A stretch of DNA of 64,000 bases from contig CAVRNT010000001.1 of the NCBI GenBank assembly GCA_963722655.1, positions 162,612 through 226,611 of the forward strand, written 5' to 3'. This document shows positions 1-10,591 of the stretch, piece by piece; the stretch's first letter is position 1; each line of letters opens with the position of its first letter. Below the pieces are notes generated by a model. That model did no database searches and was not told the origin of the DNA. It saw nothing but the letters and a program-made list of their open reading frames with translations. Origin of the DNA: an uncultured bacterium. GTDB taxonomy: Bacteria; Patescibacteriota; Minisyncoccia; UBA6257; GWB1-50-10. The position numbers and the translations under genes were made by a program.

Positions 1-76
1 ACTTGAAATAAAGAAAGACCCTATAGCGGCAAGCGAAAGCTTGCCGCTTTCTTTTTCGGCGGTTATATTTAAGTCC

Positions 77-1348
77 ATGAACAAACCCCTCAAGTTCAAA
101 TTGAAGAACGGTCTCCGGGTCATCATGATTCCGCAGCCGCAAAGTTTGACCGCGACGGCGATGGTCTCGGTCGAGGCCGGCTCCAAGTACGAGACGAAGG
201 GTATAAACGGCCTCTCGCACTTCTTGGAGCATATGTGCTTCAAGGGAACGACCAAGCGCCCAACGGCCCTTGCCATATCGGCCGAGCTCGACGGTCTCGG
301 CGCCCAGTACAACGCCTTCACCTCCCAAGAATACACGAGCTATTACGCCAAAGTGAAGAAGGATAATTTCGGCGAGATTTTGGACGTCGTCGCGGACATG
401 TACCTCGACCCGAAGTTCGAAAAGAACGAGATCGAGAAGGAACGCGGCGTGATCGTCCAAGAGCTCAATATGTACGAGGATACGCCGATGCGGCGGGTGC
501 AGGACCTTTTCTTGGAGCTCGTTTACGGCGACCAGCCGGCCGGCTGGAACATCGGGGGCCGCAAGGAGGTCATTCGGAAGCTCAACCGCGAAGATTTCAT
601 CGCCTACCGCAAGAAACATTACCTCCCCCAGGCGACGATCGTCACCGTGGCGGGGAAGTTCGAGCCGCAGCAGGCGCTTAAGCGTATCGAAAGATATTTT
701 TCGGTCCTGAAACCGGGGAAAAAGGGTAGGAAGTTGTCCGTCAAGGAATCCCAAGCCAAACCCAAGGAACTTGTCCACTTCAAGGACGTGGACCAGTCGC
801 ACGTCGTGCTCGGTTTCCGCGCCTTTGACGCCAAGGACGAGCGGAAGTACGCTCTCCAGCTCGCCGCTGAGATCTTGGGCGGGGGAATGAGCTCACGCCT
901 CTTCCAAACGGTGCGCGAAGAGCTCGGGGCCGCCTATTACGTCCGGTGCGAACCCGACCTCTACACCGACCACGGCCTCATCGCGATGTCCGCCGGCTTG
1001 GACCACACGAAGATCGAACCGGCCATCAAGGTGACCCTCGGGGAGTTCGCCCGCCTCAAGAAGGAGAAGGTAAGCGAGCGCGACCTCAAGAAGGCCAAAG
1101 AGCACTTCATCGGCGACCTTTTCCTCTCCCTTGAGGGAACGGACGATATCGCCGGCTTCTACGCCGGCCAGGAACTTTTGGGCCTCGGGACCCTCAAGAC
1201 CCCGGAAGAGGCGGCCAAGAGGATAAACGCCGTGACGGCCGCGGAGATCCAGGCCGTCGCGAAGCAGGTCTTCACGAGGCGGGGGCTCAATCTCGCCGTC
1301 ATCGGGCCCTTCAAGAAGCGAAGCTTTCTTGATATATTAAAGGTGTGA
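77..1348 (+). CDS. M16 family (pitrilysin-like) zinc peptidase
   Basis: HxxEH motif (SHFLEHMCFKGT), NAFTS, GGGMSSRLF; ATG at 77 chosen because TATATT lies 7 nt upstream. Confidence 0.92.
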   Translation: MNKPLKFKLKNGLRVIMIPQPQSLTATAMVSVEAGSKYETKGINGLSHFLEHMCFKGTTKRPTALAISAELDGLGAQYNAFTSQEYTSYYAKVKKDNFGEILDVVADMYLDPKFEKNEIEKERGVIVQELNMYEDTPMRRVQDLFLELVYGDQPAGWNIGGRKEVIRKLNREDFIAYRKKHYLPQATIVTVAGKFEPQQALKRIERYFSVLKPGKKGRKLSVKESQAKPKELVHFKDVDQSHVVLGFRAFDAKDERKYALQLAAEILGGGMSSRLFQTVREELGAAYYVRCEPDLYTDHGLIAMSAGLDHTKIEPAIKVTLGEFARLKKEKVSERDLKKAKEHFIGDLFLSLEGTDDIAGFYAGQELLGLGTLKTPEEAAKRINAVTAAEIQAVAKQVFTRRGLNLAVIGPFKKRSFLDILKV

Positions 1349-2343
1349 ACCCCTCGAAGTTCGAGATCGGTTGGACCACCCTTTGGCGGATCTTCCTTTT
1401 CGTCGTCGCCATCGCCGTCTTTTATTTTGCCCGTGGCGCCTTTGCCGCGATCCTCGTCGGCGTCGTACTCTCGCTCGGGCTCGATCCCATCGTGAGCTTC
1501 GTCGCCGAGCGGCTTCGCATCGGCCGTCTCCTCGGCACGCTCGCTGTCGTCCTCGTCGCCATCATCCTCCTTATCGCCGCCTTGTACTTCATCGTGCCGG
1601 TCGTCGCCGGCGAGGTCGGCGGCTTCTTCACCCTCTTCAACGTGAGCGTTCCGATACCGTTGATCGCGACCCTCGGTAACGGGGTCGGGCAGATCATCAC
1701 GAGCTATCTCGGGACGAACGGCTCGGTGCCGATCGTGATCACCCGTATCCTGGAGAACCTCCTCTTGATCCTCGCCGCCTTCGTCATCACTCTTTACCTC
1801 ACGATCGAAAAGGACGGCGCCGACAAGATGTTGCGGCTCATCCTGCCGCAGGTCTACGAACGGCCGGTCGTCGCGATCTTCGATCGCTTCAAGCTCAAAA
1901 TGAGGCGCTGGCTTGGGACCCAGCTGGTCCTCAGCATCTTCATCGGACTCGCCGTGGGCCTCGGGATGTGGCTCATCGGCGTCCGGTATCCCCTGATCTT
2001 GGGCGTCATCGCCGCCATTCTCGAGGTCGTCCCCATCATCGGTCCCATCGTGACGGGAATCATCGCCTTCCTCATCGCCATCTCCGACTCGGTCGTCCTC
2101 GCGGTCTACGCCATCATCTTCTTCTTCGTCGTCCAGCAGTTCGAGAACCACGTCCTCGTGCCGCTCGTAATGGGTAAGAGCATGCGGGTCCATCCGGTGA
2201 TCGTCGTCTTCGCCCTCTTGGCCGGCGGCGAACTGGCCGGTTTCGTCGGTATCGTCCTGGCCGTCCCGATCTCGGTCCTCATCCAGGAGATCTTCGACTA
2301 TATGGCGGAACAGAAGGAAAAAAGGTCCGGATTGGAGCTCTAA
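1345..2343 (+). CDS. AI-2E family transporter
   Basis: Multi-TM 332 aa; IPIIGP-like motif and QQFENHVLVPLVMGKSMRVHP typical of the family. Confidence 0.88.
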   Translation: MNPSKFEIGWTTLWRIFLFVVAIAVFYFARGAFAAILVGVVLSLGLDPIVSFVAERLRIGRLLGTLAVVLVAIILLIAALYFIVPVVAGEVGGFFTLFNVSVPIPLIATLGNGVGQIITSYLGTNGSVPIVITRILENLLLILAAFVITLYLTIEKDGADKMLRLILPQVYERPVVAIFDRFKLKMRRWLGTQLVLSIFIGLAVGLGMWLIGVRYPLILGVIAAILEVVPIIGPIVTGIIAFLIAISDSVVLAVYAIIFFFVVQQFENHVLVPLVMGKSMRVHPVIVVFALLAGGELAGFVGIVLAVPISVLIQEIFDYMAEQKEKRSGLEL

Positions 2344-2346
2344 CAA

Positions 2347-3807
2347 ATGGACAGGAAACGTTTCTACATCACGACCACTTTGCCGTACGTGAACTCCGCG
2401 CCGCACATCGGCTTCGCCTTGGAGATCGTCCAAGCGGACGCGATCGCCCGTGAGCGCCGGGCGCTCGGCGACGAGGTCGTCTTTAACACCGGCACGGACG
2501 AGCACGGGCTCAAGATCTACCGGAGCGCCCAAGAGGCGGGACAGGACGTCCAATCCTACGTCGACGAGAACGCCGCTAAGTTCGACCGCCTCAAAGAGGC
2601 CTTGAATTTGAGCTACACGAACTTCATCCGCACGACCGATCCGCGCCATGTCGCGGCCGCCCAGGAGTTTTGGAGGCGGTGCGACAAAAACGGCGATATC
2701 TACAAGAAGAACTATGAGGTCAAATACTGCGTCGGTTGCGAGCTCGAAAAGACCGAATCGGAGCTCGTGGACGGCCGGTGTCCCATCCACCCGAATTTGC
2801 AGATCGAGGTCATCGAGGAGGAGAACTATTTCTTCCGCTTTTCCAAATACCAAAAGCCGCTTCTCGCGCTCTACGAGAAACGCCCCGATTTCGTCGTGCC
2901 GGCCCACCGCCTCGCGGAGATCCGGAACTTCGTCTCTTCCGGTCTCCAGGATTTCAGCGTCTCGCGCTTGGCGTCCAAGATGCCTTGGGGCGTGCCGGTG
3001 CCGGGCGATGAGGCGCACGTGATGTACGTCTGGTTCGACGCTTTAGTCAATTACATCTCCACGCTGGGCTGGCCGGACGACGAGAAGAATTTTAGTGCTT
3101 TCTGGCCCGGTGTTCAGATCGCCGGCAAGGATAACCTCCGCCAGCAATCGGCGATGTGGCAGGCGATGCTCATGTCGGCGGGCTTGCCGAACTCGAAACA
3201 GATCATCATCCACGGTTTCATCAACTCCGGCGGGGCGAAGATGTCCAAGAGCTTGGGGAACGTGGTGGACCCCTTCGCCATCGTTGAAAAATATGGGACG
3301 GACACTCTGCGGTTTTGGTTGCTGCACGACCTGAATCCCTTCGAGGACGGCAACTTCACCTGGGAGAAATTCAGCGAGGGCTACAACGCTTACCTTGCGA
3401 ACGGTCTGGGGAACTTCGCCGCGCGCGTTTTGACCTTGGGCGAGAAACTGAACGACGGCAACTTCAAATCGGGCGAAATAGACCCGGAGATAGACCGGCT
3501 CATCGGCGAGACCAAGAAGAAAGTCGCGGCTAAATTGGAGGCATACGCGTTCAACGAGGCGCTCGCCGCCATTTGGAACCTGATTTCCTTTGGCGACCGG
3601 TACGTGAACGAGAAAAAGCCCTGGGAGAAGTTCGACGGCCGGGTGGTCTGGGGTCTCATCGTCATACTGGACAACGTCGCCGCGCTCCTCGAACCCTTCC
3701 TCCCGGGCACGGCCGAGAAGATCACCGCCTCCATCTCCTGGGAGGGGAAGGATTTGAAGATCAAGAAACCGGCGATCCTTTTCCCGCGGATAAATTATCG
3801 AGGTTGA
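2347..3807 (+). CDS. metG: Methionine--tRNA ligase (short form, no C-terminal dimerisation domain)
   Basis: YVNSAPHIG (HIGH), GTDEHG, YVWFDAL, KMSKS. Confidence 0.97.
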   Translation: MDRKRFYITTTLPYVNSAPHIGFALEIVQADAIARERRALGDEVVFNTGTDEHGLKIYRSAQEAGQDVQSYVDENAAKFDRLKEALNLSYTNFIRTTDPRHVAAAQEFWRRCDKNGDIYKKNYEVKYCVGCELEKTESELVDGRCPIHPNLQIEVIEEENYFFRFSKYQKPLLALYEKRPDFVVPAHRLAEIRNFVSSGLQDFSVSRLASKMPWGVPVPGDEAHVMYVWFDALVNYISTLGWPDDEKNFSAFWPGVQIAGKDNLRQQSAMWQAMLMSAGLPNSKQIIIHGFINSGGAKMSKSLGNVVDPFAIVEKYGTDTLRFWLLHDLNPFEDGNFTWEKFSEGYNAYLANGLGNFAARVLTLGEKLNDGNFKSGEIDPEIDRLIGETKKKVAAKLEAYAFNEALAAIWNLISFGDRYVNEKKPWEKFDGRVVWGLIVILDNVAALLEPFLPGTAEKITASISWEGKDLKIKKPAILFPRINYRG

Positions 3808-3840
3808 ACCTCGATAATTTCTAGGGATAACTTTATAAGA

Positions 3841-4632
3841 ATGCTGAAATTCTTTGACGCCCATACGCACGCGAACCTAGCGGAGTTCAAGGATGACTAC
3901 AAAGAAGTCATCGGCCGAGCCTTGGCCGCCGGCGTCGGTCTGGTGAATGTGGGTACGGATATCAACGACTCTCGCCGGGCGCTGGAAATCGCGCGCGAAT
4001 TCGAGAAAGAACCGGTATATGCCGCCGTCGGCTTCCACCCGGAATATGCCGCCGACAGATATTTCAATTACGAGGCCTTCAAAAAGCTCGCTCTGGACCA
4101 GAAAACGGTTGCGATAGGAGAATGCGGACTGGACTACTACAGAGAAATAAGCGACAAGAAACAAGAGACAAGAGGAAAGCAAAAGGCGGTTTTTATTGAG
4201 CAAATAAAGCTCGCCCATGAAGTTCAAAAGCCGTTAATGGTCCACTGCCGCGAAGCGTTCAACGATTTAATTAATATTCTTGTCTCTTGTCGCACGTCGC
4301 TTGTCGCCGATAACCCCGGGATCATCCATTTCTTCTCCGGCACGAAGGATGAGGCCCAAAAACTCATTGATCTCGGCTTCAGCTTCACTTTCGGCGGCGT
4401 AATTACTTTTGCCCGCGATCACGACGAGGTTATTAAATCAATGCCGCTAGACCGCATTCTTTCCGAGACCGACGCGCCTTTCGTTGCGCCCGTACCGTAC
4501 CGCGGCAAGCGCAACGAACCGGCCTACGTCGTCAAGACCGTGAAAAAGCTCGCGGAGATTAAGAATGTGAGTGTTGACGAAATGGCGGTGCGAACTTTGG
4601 AGAACGCCCGGCGGGTGTTCGCCGCCAGTTGA
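3841..4632 (+). CDS. tatD: TatD family DNase
   Basis: DAHTH, GFHP, IGECGLDY, HCR, ETDAP motifs. Confidence 0.93.
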   Translation: MLKFFDAHTHANLAEFKDDYKEVIGRALAAGVGLVNVGTDINDSRRALEIAREFEKEPVYAAVGFHPEYAADRYFNYEAFKKLALDQKTVAIGECGLDYYREISDKKQETRGKQKAVFIEQIKLAHEVQKPLMVHCREAFNDLINILVSCRTSLVADNPGIIHFFSGTKDEAQKLIDLGFSFTFGGVITFARDHDEVIKSMPLDRILSETDAPFVAPVPYRGKRNEPAYVVKTVKKLAEIKNVSVDEMAVRTLENARRVFAAS

Positions 4633-4664
4633 GAACGCCGATTTTTTCAGCTAGAATCTAGTTA

Positions 4665-7046
4665 ATGAAGCGCTATGATTTCGGCAAGGCCGAAAAGAAA
4701 TGGCAGGCGGAATGGGACAAGGAGAATGTCTACGTCGCTAAAGATAAAAGTCCCAAGGACAAAAAATACGTCCTCATAGAGTTCCCGTACCCTTCGGGTG
4801 AGGGCCTCCACATGGGTCACCTTCGCCCCTACACGGCGGGCGACACCTACAGCCGCTTCCTCCGGATGAACGGATTTGAGGTAATGTATCCGATAGGGTG
4901 GGACGCCTTCGGTCTCCCGGCCGAGAACTATGCCATCAAGAAAGGCATCCAGCCGAAGATCACGACGGCCCAGAACATCGAGAACGCCAAGCGCCAGGTC
5001 AAAAGTTGGGGGATCGGCTTCGACTGGTCGCGCGAGGTGGTGACCACCGACCCCGAGTACTACAAATGGACCCAGTGGATCTTTCTGCAATTCTTCAAGG
5101 CCGGTTTGGCCTACGAGGCGACCGGTCTCATCAACTGGTGCCCCAAGGACAAGACCGGCCTCGCGAACGAGGAGGTGGTCGGCGGTAAGTGCGAGCGCTG
5201 CGGCACTGAGGTGGTGCAGAAGGAGGTGCGCCAGTGGTATTTGAAGATAACGGCCTACGCTGAAAAACTGATAAACGGTCTCAAGAAACTGGACTGGCCG
5301 GAGAGCGTGAAGGTCCAGCAGGAAAACTGGATAGGGAAGAGCGAAGGGGCGTTGATAGATTTTGAGATACAAGGGACAAGGGACAAGATACGGGTTTTCA
5401 CGACGCGGCCGGACACGCTCTTCGGTGCGACGTATATGGTCCTCGCGCCGGAGCACAAGCTGGTGCGTGAGTTGAGCGGCAAGATCACGAATCTAAAAGA
5501 AGTTGACGATTACGTCAAAAAAACCAAGGCGAAGACGGAAGAGGAAAGATTGACGGAAGGCAAAGCGAAAACCGGAGCGGAGCTCAAGGGTATTAAGGCG
5601 ATAAACCCTGCCAACAACGAAAAAATTTCGGTCTTCATTGCCGACTATGTTCTTTCCTCATACGGCACGGGCGCCATCATGGCCGTCCCGGCGCACGACG
5701 AGCGGGATTTTGAGTTCGCCAAGAAGTTCAAGCTACCGATAATCGATGTCATCTCCGGTGGAAAACCAGGCGAACTTTGGGAAGGGAACGGCGTTTTGCA
5801 AAATTCCGGTGAGTTCGACGGCATGGATTCCGAAAAGGCGAGATGGAAGATAACGGATTTCATCCACGGCGAAAGAAAAACGCAGTACAAACTCCGCGAC
5901 TGGGTCTTCTCGCGCCAAAGGTATTGGGGAGAACCAATACCCTTGATACATTGCTCCAAATGCGGAGTGGTTCCCGTGCCCGATGACGAGCTGCCGGTCA
6001 AGTTACCGGAGGTGGAGAAGTATGAGCCGACCGGAACGGGCGAGTCGCCTCTCGCGGCCATCAAATCTTGGGTGAACGTGGAATGTCCCCAGTGTGGCGG
6101 CCCGGCGAAACGCGAAACGAACACCATGCCCCAGTGGGCGGGGAGTTCTTGGTACTATCTGCGTTACTGCGACCCCAAAAACGGAAGAGAACTGGCCTCC
6201 GAAAAACTTTTGGGGCATTGGTTGCCGGTGGATGTCTATTTCGGCGGCATTGAGCATACGACCCTCCATCTTCTGTATTCCCGCTTTTGGCACCAGTTCC
6301 TTTACGACCAAAAGATCGTGCCGACGCCGGAACCATACGCCAAGCGGGTGACGCACGGCATCATCTTGGGGCCCGACGGCGAAAAGATGTCCAAGAGCCG
6401 CGGCAACGTCGTGAACCCGGACGAGATCGTTAAAGAGTTCGGCGCGGACGCTCTCCGGATGTACGAAATGTTCCTCGGACCGCACGAGGCGACCGTGAGT
6501 TGGAACAGCCAGGGCATTTTGGGCATCAGCCGTTTCTTGGACCGCGTTTGGAAGTTCTACGGCGACAAGGAACAAGAGACGGGCGACAAGGAGGTTGAGC
6601 GAGCGGTCCACAGGGCGATCAAGAAGGTGACGGAAGACGTCCAGGCCTTCAAGTTCAACACGGCCATTTCGTCATTGATGATCTGCCTGAATACGATCGA
6701 GGGGAAACCGATCGCAAAGGATCCGAAAGAAAGGTTCCTGAAACTCCTCGCGCCATTCGCGCCGCACATCGCGGAGGAATTGTGGCACGAGCTGGGGAGC
6801 AAAACCTTGATCCATATTGAAAAATGGCCGCAGTACGACGAAAAACTAGTCAAAGAAGAGACCATCGACCTCGTGGTGCAGGTGAACGGCAAGTATCGTG
6901 GTACAGTTAAGATGGAAGCCGGCTTGGTCCAAAGAGAGATCGAAGCGGCGGCGCTCGGTCTCCCGACCGTTCAGGCGGCCATCGGCGGCGGGAAACCCCG
7001 CAAGGTCGTCTACGTCAAAGATCGTTTAATAAACTTCGTCCTATGA
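4665..7046 (+). CDS. leuS: Leucine--tRNA ligase
   Basis: FPYPSG..LHMGH, GWDAFGLPAEN, TTRPDT editing domain, KMSKS. Confidence 0.98.
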   Translation: MKRYDFGKAEKKWQAEWDKENVYVAKDKSPKDKKYVLIEFPYPSGEGLHMGHLRPYTAGDTYSRFLRMNGFEVMYPIGWDAFGLPAENYAIKKGIQPKITTAQNIENAKRQVKSWGIGFDWSREVVTTDPEYYKWTQWIFLQFFKAGLAYEATGLINWCPKDKTGLANEEVVGGKCERCGTEVVQKEVRQWYLKITAYAEKLINGLKKLDWPESVKVQQENWIGKSEGALIDFEIQGTRDKIRVFTTRPDTLFGATYMVLAPEHKLVRELSGKITNLKEVDDYVKKTKAKTEEERLTEGKAKTGAELKGIKAINPANNEKISVFIADYVLSSYGTGAIMAVPAHDERDFEFAKKFKLPIIDVISGGKPGELWEGNGVLQNSGEFDGMDSEKARWKITDFIHGERKTQYKLRDWVFSRQRYWGEPIPLIHCSKCGVVPVPDDELPVKLPEVEKYEPTGTGESPLAAIKSWVNVECPQCGGPAKRETNTMPQWAGSSWYYLRYCDPKNGRELASEKLLGHWLPVDVYFGGIEHTTLHLLYSRFWHQFLYDQKIVPTPEPYAKRVTHGIILGPDGEKMSKSRGNVVNPDEIVKEFGADALRMYEMFLGPHEATVSWNSQGILGISRFLDRVWKFYGDKEQETGDKEVERAVHRAIKKVTEDVQAFKFNTAISSLMICLNTIEGKPIAKDPKERFLKLLAPFAPHIAEELWHELGSKTLIHIEKWPQYDEKLVKEETIDLVVQVNGKYRGTVKMEAGLVQREIEAAALGLPTVQAAIGGGKPRKVVYVKDRLINFVL

Positions 7047-7942
7047 GCAAGGTCCTCATCATCATCATTGCCCTCATCGTCATCGTTGCGATAGTGATGG
7101 TCGTCAAGCAATTTCAAGGCGTGAAGTTCGGTAGTTTGGGTCCGCTCTTTAAGGTGAACTACACCGTCCCGTCAGGTTTGAGCAATCAGAAAACGAACAT
7201 TTCGTATTCGACGGGCGGGGGCACGACGACGCAAGTGCTGCCAAAACCGGGGCCGACGCCGCCCGCGGGATTCACTGCCGCCCAACTCTCGCCCTACTAC
7301 GGCGAAGTGAAGATCGGGAACGTTTCCGCCGCCTCTTCTTGGAACGGCGTCGCGCAATTTTCTCTCAATGCTTCTTACGGCGGCCTCGCCGCCCCGATCG
7401 ACGTCACGGGCTGGCGTCTCACGTACAACAAGGGGCAGGTGATCGTCCCGACGGCCGCGGCGGATTACATGCCTTCGGGTTTCGAGTATCCGGGCGATGT
7501 CGCCTTGAGCTCTGGCGACGTGCTGAACGTTTACAGCAGTCAAAGCCCCCTAAACGTCAATTTTCGGATGAACCAATGTATTGGCTATTTGAACAACGCC
7601 TATACCTTCACTCCGACCCTGCCGCAAAATTGCGCGGCGGTCTATGACCGTTCCGAGATCGCGACCTTCTCGGGTGCTTGCCAGAACTACATCCTCTCCC
7701 TCTGGGGATGCAGCGTACCGTCGGCCGATCAGTTGAACAATTTTTCAGGTGAGCCGGCCTGTCAATCGGTCCTGAACCGTTTCAACTACACCTATTGTTA
7801 CAATCGGCACCGGTTCGATACCGGCTTTTTCACGAACGACTGGCGCGTTTGGCTGGGCGGGCAGATCGGTTTTGATCAGAGCCACGATCGAGTGCTTTTA
7901 TGGGATAAAAACGGGCTTTTGGTGGACGAGTATATCTACTAG
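7043..7942 (+). CDS. Membrane-anchored Cys-containing hypothetical protein (lamin-tail-like, CPR-type)
   Basis: N-terminal TM, IDVTGWRL and LWDKNGLLVDEYIY ends, paired Cys; overlaps leuS stop. Confidence 0.6.
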   Translation: MSKVLIIIIALIVIVAIVMVVKQFQGVKFGSLGPLFKVNYTVPSGLSNQKTNISYSTGGGTTTQVLPKPGPTPPAGFTAAQLSPYYGEVKIGNVSAASSWNGVAQFSLNASYGGLAAPIDVTGWRLTYNKGQVIVPTAAADYMPSGFEYPGDVALSSGDVLNVYSSQSPLNVNFRMNQCIGYLNNAYTFTPTLPQNCAAVYDRSEIATFSGACQNYILSLWGCSVPSADQLNNFSGEPACQSVLNRFNYTYCYNRHRFDTGFFTNDWRVWLGGQIGFDQSHDRVLLWDKNGLLVDEYIY

Positions 7943-8983
7943 CTATTTCCTCTCCGCGAGCGTCACCCGCGTCTCGAACTCCTTGCCGCCGCGCCAAACC
8001 TTGAGTTTGACAGTCTCGCCGACCTCGCAATCGTCCAAGAAATCCTGGAGCGTCGTTTCCGGGCCTATCTTCTTCCCATTCCACTCCAAGACCACGTCCC
8101 GCTCCTTGATCTTTGCTTGGTCGGCCGGGCTCTTGGGCACGACGGCCGGTTCGAAAGGATGCTCGCTCGTGACGTAAGCGCCGTAGCTGATCGGCAGACG
8201 CATCTTCTCGCTGAGGTCGTGGTTCAAGATCAGGTAGCGAATGCCGAGGAGCGGGCGGCGGATGCGGCCGTGCTTTTTGAGATCGAAGAGGTCCTTCTCG
8301 GCCGCCTTGATGGGGATGGCGAAGCTGATGTTCTGGGCGCCGACGACGACCGCGGCGTTGATGCCGATCGCCCGGCCGAAGATGTCGACGAGCGGCCCGC
8401 CGGAATTTCCCGGATTGATGGCGGCGTCGGTCTGGATGAGGCCGCGCAGTTCCTGGGCGCGGGAATTTTCCTCCTCCTTCGCCTCGACGGCGCGGGAAAG
8501 CCCGGAGATGATGCCGAGCGAGACCGTATTTTTGAAAATTCCCAGAGCATTCCCGATCGCGAGGACCGTTTGCCCGAGGACCGCCTCGTCCGAATCGCCG
8601 AGCGCGACGACCGGCAATCGCCCCTTCGGCTTGATGCGCAAGATGGCGACGTCGTCCACCGGGTCGCGGGCGAGCACCTCGGCGGCGTAGGTCGCGCCAT
8701 CGCTCGTTTGGACAAAGCACTTCGCGCCGCTTTCGGAGATGACGTGCTTGTTCGTCAAAATTATGCCGCTTTCGTCGACGACGAAGCCCGAACCACCGCC
8801 CACTTGGACCATACCGTGGGCGTCGATTTTCTCTGGCGGGATGTTGAGCGCCCCCTTCTTGCCCTTTCTGTCCGAGGCGAAATCGCCCTTGATGTCAGCG
8901 GCACTCTTTTCCAAAATGACGGAGACGACGGCGGGCATCACTTGAGCGGTCGTTTTGATGATGCGCGATCTTTCCTTCCTCAT
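7943..8983 (-). CDS. HtrA/DegP-like trypsin serine protease with PDZ domain
   Basis: GSGF..ILTNKHV, IQTDAAINPGNSGGP, C-terminal PDZ. Confidence 0.95.
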   Translation of the reverse strand: MRKERSRIIKTTAQVMPAVVSVILEKSAADIKGDFASDRKGKKGALNIPPEKIDAHGMVQVGGGSGFVVDESGIILTNKHVISESGAKCFVQTSDGATYAAEVLARDPVDDVAILRIKPKGRLPVVALGDSDEAVLGQTVLAIGNALGIFKNTVSLGIISGLSRAVEAKEEENSRAQELRGLIQTDAAINPGNSGGPLVDIFGRAIGINAAVVVGAQNISFAIPIKAAEKDLFDLKKHGRIRRPLLGIRYLILNHDLSEKMRLPISYGAYVTSEHPFEPAVVPKSPADQAKIKERDVVLEWNGKKIGPETTLQDFLDDCEVGETVKLKVWRGGKEFETRVTLAERK

Positions 8984-9066
8984 ATATGCTTATTGTATCA
9001 AAAATCGAGCGGAACGGCGCTCGATGAAAGCTAAACCCCTCATTAGGAGGGGTTTAGTCCAAGAAA

Positions 9067-9135
9067 TTATCTGTGGTGCTTCCTGGTCTTCTTGGTCTTC
9101 TTGGCCTTTTTGGCCGCTTTTCTTTTCTTTGCCAT
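9067..9135 (-). CDS. 22-aa Lys/Arg-rich peptide MAKKRKAAKKAKKTKKTRKHHR (below ORF-track cutoff)
   Basis: ATG at 9135, TAA at 9069-9067; hairpin aaacccctc..gaggggttt downstream; GC hairpin in upstream leader. Confidence 0.6.
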   Translation of the reverse strand: MAKKRKAAKKAKKTKKTRKHHR

Positions 9136-9258
9136 TTTTATTTTTATTTTTTGGGATCGGTGTTGGATCGTCGACCGTCGATCGCTCCCAATCCTCTTAC
9201 GCGTTCATCTACATTCATTATAGAAGAACTTTTTTCTGAAATCTGTGGATAACTTATT

Positions 9259-9978
9259 TCAGTGGACCAAAACGAAAACACCGACGCCGAGAATTATCGC
9301 CGCGACGACCTTTTGAAAGATTGGCGTGGGAATTTTCTTGAGAAGCCGGCTGCCGATGACCGTGCCGACGAGGACGCCGATCGTCGCGATCAAGATCAGT
9401 GGCTAAAGGGCGAGGATCTGCGGTCCTTGCACCGCCAAATACACCGGCATCCTCGCGACGTCGACCATCAAAGCGATGCCGGTCGCGGTCGCGACGAATT
9501 CCTGTGATTTGAGATCGAAGCCGAAGAGCGCCGCGGAACGGATGCCACCTTGATTGCCCACCAGCCCGCCGAAGAGTCCCGAAAGCGCTCCGGCGAGCCA
9601 CGCTCCCGGTCCCCGGAAGCGCATTCTCTGGGATAGCCCGGTGAGTCCGCTGATGCCCGCGAAGATCAAGAGGCAGCCGAAGATGATCGTGAGAACCTCG
9701 TTGTAGAGGACGTTATGGAGCAAGGCGCCGATCAACCCGCCGCCCGCGCTTGCGAGCCCGAAGCTTACCAGAACCTTTTTGTTGATCTTTTTCCAGAGGA
9801 GGGCGAAACGGAGCGCGGTCCCGCAGAAATGGACGATGGAAACCGCGGCGACGGCTATGCTCGTACCGGCCACTACGGCGAGCGTCGGCGTCACCAAGCT
9901 GCCGATGCCGAAACCGGCGATCGAGGCGATACCGCCCGCGAAGAGCGCCACTACTCCGAGTATCGCTTGGAAGATCAT
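9259..9978 (-). pseudogene. TauE/SafE (TSUP) sulfite-exporter family membrane protein with internal TAG
   Basis: GFGIGS..GGLVGNQGGIRS motifs; after TAG at 9405-9403 the same frame continues PLILIATIGVLVGTVIGSRLLKKIP..VLVH to TGA at 9259. Confidence 0.75.
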
Positions 9979-9982
9979 TTAG

Positions 9983-10069
9983 CGGAGGGGGTGAGATTCG
10001 AACTCACGAAAGGATCTCTCCTTTACCGCATTTCAAGTGCGGCGCGTTAGACCGCTCTGCCACCCCTCC
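9983..10069 (-). tRNA. tRNA-Ser(TGA)
   Basis: Cloverleaf with long variable arm; anticodon loop CT-TGA-AA; GTTCGAATC. Confidence 0.93.
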
Positions 10070-10122
10070 GTGCGTTGAACGCCGCGTCATCATAAACCGG
10101 CTGGGACGTTTTAATCAAGATT

Positions 10123-10494
10123 TCAATAATGACTGAAAATGTGGAACACGCTCCCGATTAGCGCCGTGAAACCGAAGATAAGGCCGGCGGCGATTATAAC
10201 GATGGCCACGATGGTCAATATCTTGCCGGCGTGATCGACGGCCTTGATGAAGCCGTTGTATTCGTGCTGGTTCTCGAAGTGCCGGCTCGTCGCGGCCATC
10301 TCGTGGCCTTTAATACCAAGATAGATCATAAAGACGATCCAAAAGAAGAAGTTCACGACCGGCACGAGGTAGAGCAGATACCACCAAAGCATGTGGTACT
10401 TCTTGATGGCGATTAGAAACGGCGCTCCGAAGAGGAATGCGCCCCACGACCAACCCGGCGCGGCGGTGATGCCGCCTTTTTTGGTTTCTTCCAT
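10123..10494 (-). CDS. Small membrane hypothetical protein
   Basis: WSWGAFLF motif, 3 hydrophobic segments, TATAAT 6 nt upstream of ATG. Confidence 0.7.
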   Translation of the reverse strand: MEETKKGGITAAPGWSWGAFLFGAPFLIAIKKYHMLWWYLLYLVPVVNFFFWIVFMIYLGIKGHEMAATSRHFENQHEYNGFIKAVDHAGKILTIVAIVIIAAGLIFGFTALIGSVFHIFSHY

Positions 10495-10519
10495 AGGGAA
10501 ATTATAACAAACTTCGTTG

Positions 10520-10590
10520 TGGACCTACGGGGAATCGAACCCCGACCTCCTCCATGCCATGGAGATGTAATACCGTTTTACTATAGGCCC
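10520..10590 (-). tRNA. tRNA-Ala(GGC)
   Basis: Cloverleaf; anticodon loop AT-GGC-AT; GTTCGATTC. Confidence 0.88.
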
Positions 10591-10591
10591 G

